Below the pieces are notes generated by a model, which saw only the letters and a program-made list of their open reading frames with translations, ran no database searches and was not told where the DNA came from. A stretch of 42,962 bases of DNA. It comes from a virus (lineage: Duplodnaviria; Caudoviricetes). Below, in pieces: positions 35,861 through 42,962 of this stretch. Position numbers and translations under genes: made by a program. Location of the stretch: positions 1-42,962 of IMG/VR virus record IMGVR_UViG_3300017589_000041; one strand, written 5' to 3'. Every line of letters begins with the position of its first letter. Position 1 is the first letter of the stretch.

Positions 35861-37084
35861 ATGAGTAATCCAAGAAAAGCAAATGTATCCATTCAATACA
35901 ATGGAAAAAATGTAACATCAAAACTGACTGAGTTCCTCTCTACTTTTAATTATACTGATGTCTCATCCGGAGAAAGTGATTCCATATCAATTAAGTTAAA
36001 TAATATTGATAAAAGGTGGTTTAAAAACTGGATACCATCTAAAGGTGATTTGATGATAACAAAAATCATTACGGAAAATTGGAAGAAAGACGGAGATAAA
36101 ACCATATTTAATTGTGGAAGTTTTATTATTGATGACTATAGCTTTTCTGGCAGACCGTTGACTGCAAATATCGGAGCAGTAGCCATACCGGCAATGCAAA
36201 GCTTCAAAACTACAGAAAGGACTAAAACATGGAAGTCCGTAACGATAGCATCTGTAGCCACTGAGATTGCAAAAAGAGCAGAAATCACACTGTCCTATGA
36301 AGGAAATACAATTAAGATAAATTCATTGGAGCAATCAGGACAAACTGACTGTGAATTTTTATATCAGCTATGCGAATCCTATGGACTGGCCATGAAGGTT
36401 TATTCTAACAAAATTATTATATTTGATGAAGCAACCTATGAAAAGAAAAAATCAGTAGTAACCATATATGAAACAGATATGATTTCATGGAGTTACAACT
36501 CGACATTAACAAAAACATATACAGGAGCAGAGCTATCCTACACCGATGCATCCACAGAGAAAAATATCAACGTAAAAGTTGGAAGTGGAAGTAGAATATT
36601 AAAAGTGAATGAAAAAGCTGACAATTTAAAAGATGCAGAGCTAAAAGGAATTGCAAAGGTAAACAGTGCAAATAAGAAAACAACCACAATGAAAGTAACA
36701 ATTAAGGCAAATACTAAAATTGTGGCATCCTCCAATGTTACAATCAAAGGACTTGGAAAACTCGATGGAAAGTATGCAGTAGACAAGGTCAAACATAGCC
36801 TTGGAACAGCATATACGATGGCTCTAGAATTGAGATTAATTCAAAGTAGAATCGGAACGAATTCAAAAGAAAAATCAACGGGAGATGCATCCGAGTACAC
36901 CATAAAGAAAAACGAGACACTCTGGGAAATCAGTAAAGCTTTTTTTGGTTCTGGTGCAAAGTACATGGATATTTACAATGAAAATAAAGATATAATCGAA
37001 TCAGCAGCAAAAGCCAAAGGAAAAGAAAGTTCATCCAGTGGAAATAATCTATACGAAGGAACTGTTATAAAAATACCATCATAA
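35861..37084 (+). CDS. late control D-like baseplate hub with C-terminal LysM domain
   Basis: YTD.SSGESD, EQSGQTD.EFL; YTIKKNETLWEISK.F.G LysM. Confidence 0.85.
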   Translation: MSNPRKANVSIQYNGKNVTSKLTEFLSTFNYTDVSSGESDSISIKLNNIDKRWFKNWIPSKGDLMITKIITENWKKDGDKTIFNCGSFIIDDYSFSGRPLTANIGAVAIPAMQSFKTTERTKTWKSVTIASVATEIAKRAEITLSYEGNTIKINSLEQSGQTDCEFLYQLCESYGLAMKVYSNKIIIFDEATYEKKKSVVTIYETDMISWSYNSTLTKTYTGAELSYTDASTEKNINVKVGSGSRILKVNEKADNLKDAELKGIAKVNSANKKTTTMKVTIKANTKIVASSNVTIKGLGKLDGKYAVDKVKHSLGTAYTMALELRLIQSRIGTNSKEKSTGDASEYTIKKNETLWEISKAFFGSGAKYMDIYNENKDIIESAAKAKGKESSSSGNNLYEGTVIKIPS

Positions 37085-37096
37085 GGAGGAATCGGA

Positions 37097-37477
37097 ATGG
37101 CAGACAATATCAGAGTAGGTAGAATATCAAGCATAGATTACAGCAAGGGAATGGTAAAAGTAGTTTATGCAGATAAGGACGATTCAGTAACAGATGACCT
37201 TCCATTCCTCAATATGAATGGTGAATACAAAATGCCAAACATTGATGATATGGTTTTAGTACTTCACTTGTCAAATGGAGCAACGATGGGAATCGTGATG
37301 GGAGCATTTTGGAGTAATAGCAATAAACCATCTGAGACAGGAAAAGGTGTATACAGAAAAGAATACGGAAGTGTACCAGGAGAAGCATATGTAAGATATG
37401 ACTCTCAATCAAAAACACTGACATTCAAAGCTGACACCGTTCATATCCAGACAAACAAAGGAACAACAAACCTGTAG
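37097..37477 (+). CDS. baseplate spike/assembly protein V-like
   Basis: RVGRISSID..GMVKV, MP.IDD.VLV. Confidence 0.8.
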   Translation: MADNIRVGRISSIDYSKGMVKVVYADKDDSVTDDLPFLNMNGEYKMPNIDDMVLVLHLSNGATMGIVMGAFWSNSNKPSETGKGVYRKEYGSVPGEAYVRYDSQSKTLTFKADTVHIQTNKGTTNL

Positions 37478-37489
37478 GAGGTGTGGTAG

Positions 37490-37888
37490 ATGGCTAAAAT
37501 AGGAAACCTCGGAAAAACAATCGTATTCAGCACGAGTGATAAAAAGATATTGACCTTTACTGATTTAAAGCAAACAGTCAGTGGACGGTGGGCAACGCAT
37601 GATCGCATCCAAAAAAAAGCACAATCTGAATTTCTAGGACCGGGTTTAAGAGAACTCACATTCAAGATTACATTAAACGCTCTGCATGGAGTGAAACCTA
37701 GAAATACAATGGATACTATGGAAAAAATGGTTGAAAAGGGAACCGTTGAAAATTTCGTCCTTGGTGGAAAAAAGATTGGAAGAAACAAATGGAAAATGAC
37801 TACAATCAGTGAATCATGGGATACGGTAATGAATAAGGGAGAGTTAATGCAAGCGACAGTTTCAATCACACTTGAAGAATACTTATAA
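37490..37888 (+). CDS. tail protein (P2 gpU-like)
   Basis: RWATH.RI..K..SEFLGPGL, TLEEY. Confidence 0.82.
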   Translation: MAKIGNLGKTIVFSTSDKKILTFTDLKQTVSGRWATHDRIQKKAQSEFLGPGLRELTFKITLNALHGVKPRNTMDTMEKMVEKGTVENFVLGGKKIGRNKWKMTTISESWDTVMNKGELMQATVSITLEEYL

Positions 37889-37900
37889 AGGAGGAATGTT

Positions 37901-38227
37901 ATGTTAGATACAAAAAAAACAATAATAACATTTGATTATCAAGGACTAGAGGCAGATGAGATAATAAGAAATCTAAACAATTTATATGGTACTGCAGCTG
38001 GAACAGTTCCACTGGATCGAGACTTTGGACTTGACCAAGAATTTATAAGCTATCCATTAGACGTGGCGCAAAACATGCTTGCTCTTGAAATAACCGAGAA
38101 AACAGAAACGTATGAACCAAGAGCAGAGGTAAAAGAAATATCCTTTGCAAGCACACCTGACGGAACCTTAATCCCAACAATCATAATTACTAGAGCTGAA
38201 GTAGAGGAAGAGGAAGGAGATGAATAA
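37901..38227 (+). CDS. baseplate W/gp25-like protein
   Basis: GTVPLDRDFG, YEPR. Confidence 0.82.
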   Translation: MLDTKKTIITFDYQGLEADEIIRNLNNLYGTAAGTVPLDRDFGLDQEFISYPLDVAQNMLALEITEKTETYEPRAEVKEISFASTPDGTLIPTIIITRAEVEEEEGDE

Positions 38228-38229
38228 TT

Positions 38230-39381
38230 ATGTCAAATATATTATCACAAATTGATAGTCTGCCAGATGTAAGTTTTATTGATGATATGACACTGGAAGA
38301 AGTACTAGCTGAGATGATAAATGACTACCAAGTCAAATATAAAGAATTAACAGAAAACAGTATAATTCTAGCTAAAGCGGATACTAATAGGCTTATATTA
38401 TATGCTTGTTCAGTACAGATATACCAAGGGTATCAATTTATAGACAGAGCGGGGAAACAAGACCTTCTAAAATATTCATATGGAAGCTTCCTTGATAATC
38501 TAGGTGCACTTAAGGGTGTAATTAGAAACGCAGCACAGCCCGCATCAGTTACCGTGAGGTTTATTCTTTCTGAGGTACGTTTATCAGTAACTGGAATTGA
38601 TTCTGGTACAAGAGTAGCAGCAGGAGAAATATACTTCGAAAGTACAGAATACAAGGAAGTTCCTGCAGGAGATTCAAAGATTGATATTGTTATGAAATGT
38701 ACGAAGGACGGAGTAGGTGGAAATGATTTTTTAGTAGGTGAATTAACAACGTTAGTTGATCCTATCGGTTATGTTTCTGCTGTTTCCAATGTTACTGTAA
38801 GCGATGGTGGAAGTGAGATAGAATCCGATGTAAGCTTAGCTGAGAGAATATTTCTTGCTCCTAGCAGTTACAGTGTAGCCGGTCCGGATGATGCATATAA
38901 ATACTGGGCAAAGACATATAGCCAAAAGATTGCCGATGTTGAGGTTACATCACCAAGTGCATGTGTAGTAGATATACGGTTTATATTGCAGGAAGGTGTA
39001 TTGCCAGATAAAACAATGATACAAGGTCTTCAAAATTTCTTTCGTGATAAAAAGATAAGGCCACTTACAGATCAAGTAATCGTCTCTGCACCAGATGTTA
39101 TAGATTACAGTATATCAGCAACCTACTATATTAATAAAAGTGATATAAGTAAAGCGTTAACTATTCAGGCAAAAGTAAATGAAGCCGTTAAAAGCTACAT
39201 AGGATGGCAAAATATTAAAATTGGAAGAGACATCAATCCATCTGAATTAGTAAAGCGGATAATGGCAGCAGGAGCAAAGAGAGTTGATTTAACAACTCCT
39301 ATATACACAGCAATATCAAATTCTTCAGTTGCAAGAATGTCATCACAAACAATCACATGTGGAGGGATTGAAGATGATTAG
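38230..39381 (+). CDS. baseplate J-like protein
   Basis: LDNLG, SVAGP.DAY.YWA, RPLTD.V. Confidence 0.9.
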   Translation: MSNILSQIDSLPDVSFIDDMTLEEVLAEMINDYQVKYKELTENSIILAKADTNRLILYACSVQIYQGYQFIDRAGKQDLLKYSYGSFLDNLGALKGVIRNAAQPASVTVRFILSEVRLSVTGIDSGTRVAAGEIYFESTEYKEVPAGDSKIDIVMKCTKDGVGGNDFLVGELTTLVDPIGYVSAVSNVTVSDGGSEIESDVSLAERIFLAPSSYSVAGPDDAYKYWAKTYSQKIADVEVTSPSACVVDIRFILQEGVLPDKTMIQGLQNFFRDKKIRPLTDQVIVSAPDVIDYSISATYYINKSDISKALTIQAKVNEAVKSYIGWQNIKIGRDINPSELVKRIMAAGAKRVDLTTPIYTAISNSSVARMSSQTITCGGIEDD

Positions 39382-39937
39382 TTTCTATGATGGACAAATT
39401 ACAGATATCCTTCCGGATAGCTTAAACTCAACTGCAGATGTACAGGCACTAAGCTATGCGGTTATGAAAGCCATGCAAAAGATGCAGGACTACGCTGCAA
39501 AGACAAGAACATATGCAACAATCGTAGAACTTCCGGAAAAGGTGCTTGATATACTGGCCGTTGAATTAAGGGCGCAATATTACAATGAGAAAATGGATAT
39601 AGAAATCAAACGGAATATTATCCAAAGTACTATGCTATGGTATCAATATGCAGGAACTCCTTGGGCAGTAGAAAAATTAATTGAAACTGTATTTGGTACA
39701 GGAGAAGTTATAGAATGGTTTAATTATTCTGGTACTCCTGGACACTTTAAAATAGCTACGGAAAATCACAGCATAACCGGAGATGAATTGCAAAAGTTTA
39801 ATTCCATAATCGAATATGTAAAAAGGAAAAGTTCTATCTTGGATGCAATTGAGATAACCTTAAATGCTTCTATGAATATTTATTATGGAGCAATGGTTCA
39901 TACCGGAGATTATATATCTTTAAAACAGGAGGGATGA
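39374..39937 (+). CDS. tail protein I-like
   Basis: LDILA, GTPWAVE, EWF.Y.G.P.HF. Confidence 0.85.
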   Translation: MISFYDGQITDILPDSLNSTADVQALSYAVMKAMQKMQDYAAKTRTYATIVELPEKVLDILAVELRAQYYNEKMDIEIKRNIIQSTMLWYQYAGTPWAVEKLIETVFGTGEVIEWFNYSGTPGHFKIATENHSITGDELQKFNSIIEYVKRKSSILDAIEITLNASMNIYYGAMVHTGDYISLKQEG

Positions 39938-39943
39938 TAACTT

Positions 39944-41737
39944 ATGAGCTTTAGTACATTATTATTTACTGAAAAAGGTCGTGCCTTACAAGCGAAAGCT
40001 TTGGCAGGAATAAATTTAAATTTCACAAGTATTGCAATGGGCTCTGGTTCATTGGGAACCGCGTCACAGATTACACTGACCGCATTAATTGAACCAAAAG
40101 TTACTCTGAGTATTGCTGAAATTAAACGTGATTCAAATTATGCATCGATAAAGGGTAATTTCAGTAACGCAGACATTAGCACAGGATTTTATTGGAGAGA
40201 AATAGGAATTTTCGCACAAGATCCAGATTTGGGAGAAATACTTTATTGTTATGGTAATGCTGGCACATTAGCAGAATACATAACTCCACAGACATCAGGA
40301 ATTATTGAAAAAGTTGTTGGAATATCAGTCATTATCGGAAACGTAACGAATATATCCGCAAATATAAATGAAACATTGGTTTTTGCGACAAAGGATGACA
40401 TTAAAGTACTCGAGAATAAGGCAGCTACACAAAATTTTCAGACAGCTGGTGGAACTGCTAACGCAATAACTTTAACGGAGGTTGTATTAGCGAATGGTAA
40501 TTCTAAAACATTTATTGTTAGTTATAGCAATAATAGAAGTGATACAACAATAAATGGATTGCCATTGTACAAGCCCAACACAATAGCAGCTCCTAATCTG
40601 GTAGCTGGGAAAGCTGTAACAGTTTGGTATAATACATCCGGTAAATGTTTTTTTATCAAGGCTAGTGCTGAGGGTAACGCAACCGCTGCAGATGTACTAG
40701 CGACAAAGGATTTCAGCAACGGTGATGATATAGGAATACCAGGAACAATGCCAAATAATACCACGATTTCAACAGTAAGTCTTACTGCAGAGGGCGCAGA
40801 GTATACAATCCCTTTAGGTAAACATAGTGGACTGCAAAAAGTTAAAGCTGTAATAACTGGACTGATAGCTAGTGCTATTAAAGCAGGGACTACAGTGGGC
40901 GGTGTAGTCGGTACATTTACAGCAGATGCTACAGCCACAGCAAGTGACATGATAGCAGGTAAGTTTGGATATAGGAATGGTGCTAGGGTAGATGGTAATA
41001 TACCAATAAGAGGTAGTGAAGAGTACGGCGGATGGAGGAGGGCTGATGTTTTTCTTGCATCTAATCCAGGAAGAGTTCATGCAAGAATACCTTTAGGTGC
41101 ATACTTAACAGGTGCAGGAGAACAGCAAGGTCAAATGGGTATTCTTGTTGATGACCCTGATTTTACTCCTGCTAATTTCTTAGCTACAGTAAATATGTTT
41201 GGACTACAGGGTGGTATTCCAGTATTTCAAGGTGATGCTTCTGCGTATTACCCAGCCGTTTCCGTCGTAGCATGGCAAGGTGATTCTGTGTTTTTTCAGA
41301 TACCATCAAATGGATATATGAAAGATATAGCATTTATAAGAAGTCCACAACCACAATTTCTTGCATCTAACATACTTAACACCGCCAATATATTTGGCAT
41401 TCAAGGCACAGCAGTAGCAGGTGGTAGAAAAGCAACAGGTGTTGTACAATCAAGCCCTAGTTCAGTAACCTTTAATCAGTATGGAGGTGGTATAACAGTT
41501 CGTGCTTTTATTGACCTTAACTTAATTAAAGCACAATTAACTTTTGTACCAAGTTATGTAGTATGTTATCGCTTAGATGCATACACAGCAGATGTTACAA
41601 GTTACTTAGCTAGTGGTTTTTGTGGTACAGATTGGCAGTTCTCTTATGGTTTAACCGTAACATATGCACTTGATATTCACAGATATTTTTCATGTTCTGC
41701 CAATAATATACAGTATCACTGGACCGCTTATGAATAA
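39944..41737 (+). CDS. tail fibre / receptor-binding protein
   Basis: collar-like N-terminus (TEKG..L, GFYWREIGIFA.DPD.GEILY); internal repeats. Confidence 0.85.
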   Translation: MSFSTLLFTEKGRALQAKALAGINLNFTSIAMGSGSLGTASQITLTALIEPKVTLSIAEIKRDSNYASIKGNFSNADISTGFYWREIGIFAQDPDLGEILYCYGNAGTLAEYITPQTSGIIEKVVGISVIIGNVTNISANINETLVFATKDDIKVLENKAATQNFQTAGGTANAITLTEVVLANGNSKTFIVSYSNNRSDTTINGLPLYKPNTIAAPNLVAGKAVTVWYNTSGKCFFIKASAEGNATAADVLATKDFSNGDDIGIPGTMPNNTTISTVSLTAEGAEYTIPLGKHSGLQKVKAVITGLIASAIKAGTTVGGVVGTFTADATATASDMIAGKFGYRNGARVDGNIPIRGSEEYGGWRRADVFLASNPGRVHARIPLGAYLTGAGEQQGQMGILVDDPDFTPANFLATVNMFGLQGGIPVFQGDASAYYPAVSVVAWQGDSVFFQIPSNGYMKDIAFIRSPQPQFLASNILNTANIFGIQGTAVAGGRKATGVVQSSPSSVTFNQYGGGITVRAFIDLNLIKAQLTFVPSYVVCYRLDAYTADVTSYLASGFCGTDWQFSYGLTVTYALDIHRYFSCSANNIQYHWTAYE

Positions 41738-41752
41738 GAAAGGAGAACAAAT

Positions 41753-42001
41753 ATGAACACTTTAGTTATTTATGATACAACAGGTTATATAATTTCACAA
41801 AGTTCTGGTGATGTACGAACACCAGTAGGTATCCCGTTCCTATGGGTAGAAGTTCCATTAGGTAGTTATATTACAGGGGTTGATGTTAGTGGTGAAGTAC
41901 CAACCGCAATTATTGTACAACACCCTAAATCAGAAATGGAATTGTTACAAGGTAAAGTAACAAACATTAATATTGCATTAGCAGAAATGATAGGGAGGTA
42001 G
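41753..42001 (+). CDS. tail-fibre-associated small protein
   Basis: LVIYD.TG.I motif; AAGGAG SD. Confidence 0.65.
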   Translation: MNTLVIYDTTGYIISQSSGDVRTPVGIPFLWVEVPLGSYITGVDVSGEVPTAIIVQHPKSEMELLQGKVTNINIALAEMIGR

Positions 42002-42004
42002 CAC

Positions 42005-42151
42005 ATGTTGAGTTGGAAAAAGAATATATTTGTAAATGCAATAAAGGCACGAGTAACCCAAGAATCTAGATCTGCAGAGGACATTATATTAGAGTATACA
42101 AAGCTTACAGATTCTGAAAAGATAGAAATTCTTGCAGAAATTAATAAATAA
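42005..42151 (+). CDS. small hypothetical protein (48 aa)
   Basis: GGGAGGT SD; read by hand. Confidence 0.6.
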   Translation: MLSWKKNIFVNAIKARVTQESRSAEDIILEYTKLTDSEKIEILAEINK

Positions 42152-42160
42152 CTATTAATC

Positions 42161-42185
42161 AAGAGTCGAGAAATCGGCTCTTTTT
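42161..42185 (+). terminator. rho-independent terminator before the lysis module
   Basis: AAGAGTCGA-GAAA-TCGGCTCTT plus T-run. Confidence 0.75.
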
Positions 42186-42214
42186 AATATATAAAAAAAG
42201 AAAGAAGGTATGCC

Positions 42215-42448
42215 ATGAATGAAGACTTAGTTGCAGACAAACTGCAAACACATGAAAAACGTATTAACAATCACGCAGATCGCATCGACACTCTGGAAAA
42301 GCACGAAGCAGCCAGGGATGTGAAAATTGATAACTTGTGTGAGAAGCTTGAGAAGCAAACAAAAAGTATAAACACATTAATTGGAACTCTTGTTAGTGCA
42401 TTAGTAGGGTTCTTTTTTTATGCAATCCAGACAGGATTGTTTAAGTAG
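42215..42448 (+). CDS. XhlA-family membrane protein
   Basis: HEKRINNH..RID.LE coiled coil plus C-terminal TM. Confidence 0.8.
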   Translation: MNEDLVADKLQTHEKRINNHADRIDTLEKHEAARDVKIDNLCEKLEKQTKSINTLIGTLVSALVGFFFYAIQTGLFK

Positions 42449-42463
42449 AAGGAGGAAAGTAAT

Positions 42464-42742
42464 ATGGATTTAACATTTTTAATGGAATATGTCAATCTTG
42501 TAACTTTGGGTATATGCCTGTGTATAGGATACGTATTTAAGAGCGTAAAGAAATTTAACAATCAATATATACCTGCAATAATGCTGGTTATCGGAACAAT
42601 TATTAATATTCTTGCCAACATACCAAATATCAATGCTGCAGTTGTTCTTGGCGGTATGATAAGCGGGTTAGCAAGTACCGGATTATACGAAGCAATGAGA
42701 AATCTTATTGATAAAGACGGAAAGAAAAAGGATGGTGAATAA
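42464..42742 (+). CDS. holin
   Basis: three hydrophobic segments, NQYIP and SGLASTGLY motifs. Confidence 0.88.
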   Translation: MDLTFLMEYVNLVTLGICLCIGYVFKSVKKFNNQYIPAIMLVIGTIINILANIPNINAAVVLGGMISGLASTGLYEAMRNLIDKDGKKKDGE

Positions 42743-42743
42743 T

Positions 42744-42962
42744 ATGAATGTAAAAGAATTATGTAAGGATCCCAAAGAACTTAATCCATTAGTGGAAGTC
42801 ATGCTATCGCTTTCTATCGCTTACATGATAAAGCAAGGAGTCAACCCACTAGTGATTGAAACTCTACGCTCTCAGGAACGTCAAAATTATTTGTACTGTC
42901 AAGGACGTACGATTGCCGAATGCATGGCAAAAGGAATCAATAGTGCATTTGCTAAAGCTTAT
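42744..42962 (+). CDS. endolysin, M15-type L-Ala-D-Glu peptidase (partial, runs off window)
   Basis: ETLRSQERQNYLYCQGRT motif; follows holin. Confidence 0.75.
   Translation, partial: MNVKELCKDPKELNPLVEVMLSLSIAYMIKQGVNPLVIETLRSQERQNYLYCQGRTIAECMAKGINSAFAKAY

Noticed and set aside
21576-42162. Minus-strand ORFs opposite the structural genes
   Set aside because: Shadow frames of well-supported plus-strand genes
41500-42200. Diversity-generating retroelement acting on the tail fibre
   Set aside because: No TR/VR pair with adenine-specific differences and no DGR RT seen; the only RT hint belongs to the group II intron

Overview
Near-complete temperate prophage of an AT-rich Firmicute (gene content is Clostridia/Lachnospiraceae-like; the host is inferred, not shown). 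Order: tyrosine integrase; cI/cro switch with face-to-face promoters; an early accessory region built from a ~57-bp promoter-containing repeat and convergent small-gene pairs; SSB, HUH rolling-circle Rep, RNase H, PcfK/PcfJ-like genes, ParA/ParB, DNA methyltransferase and a RinA/ArpU-like activator; lambda-like cos and GpA terminase/portal; capsid; P2-like contractile tail; lysis genes running off the right edge. The first 96 bp are the 3' end (domains V and VI) of a group II intron sitting antisense in the last codons of the integrase gene. Strongest unexplained signals: the four-copy promoter/palindrome cassette array (2.6-5.45 kb), a 27-bp inverted repeat enclosing an HTH gene, a short antisense RNA in front of rep, and a cos region that matches lambda cosQ-cosN in sequence and spacing. 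All product calls come from motif recognition and synteny; no database searches were run.
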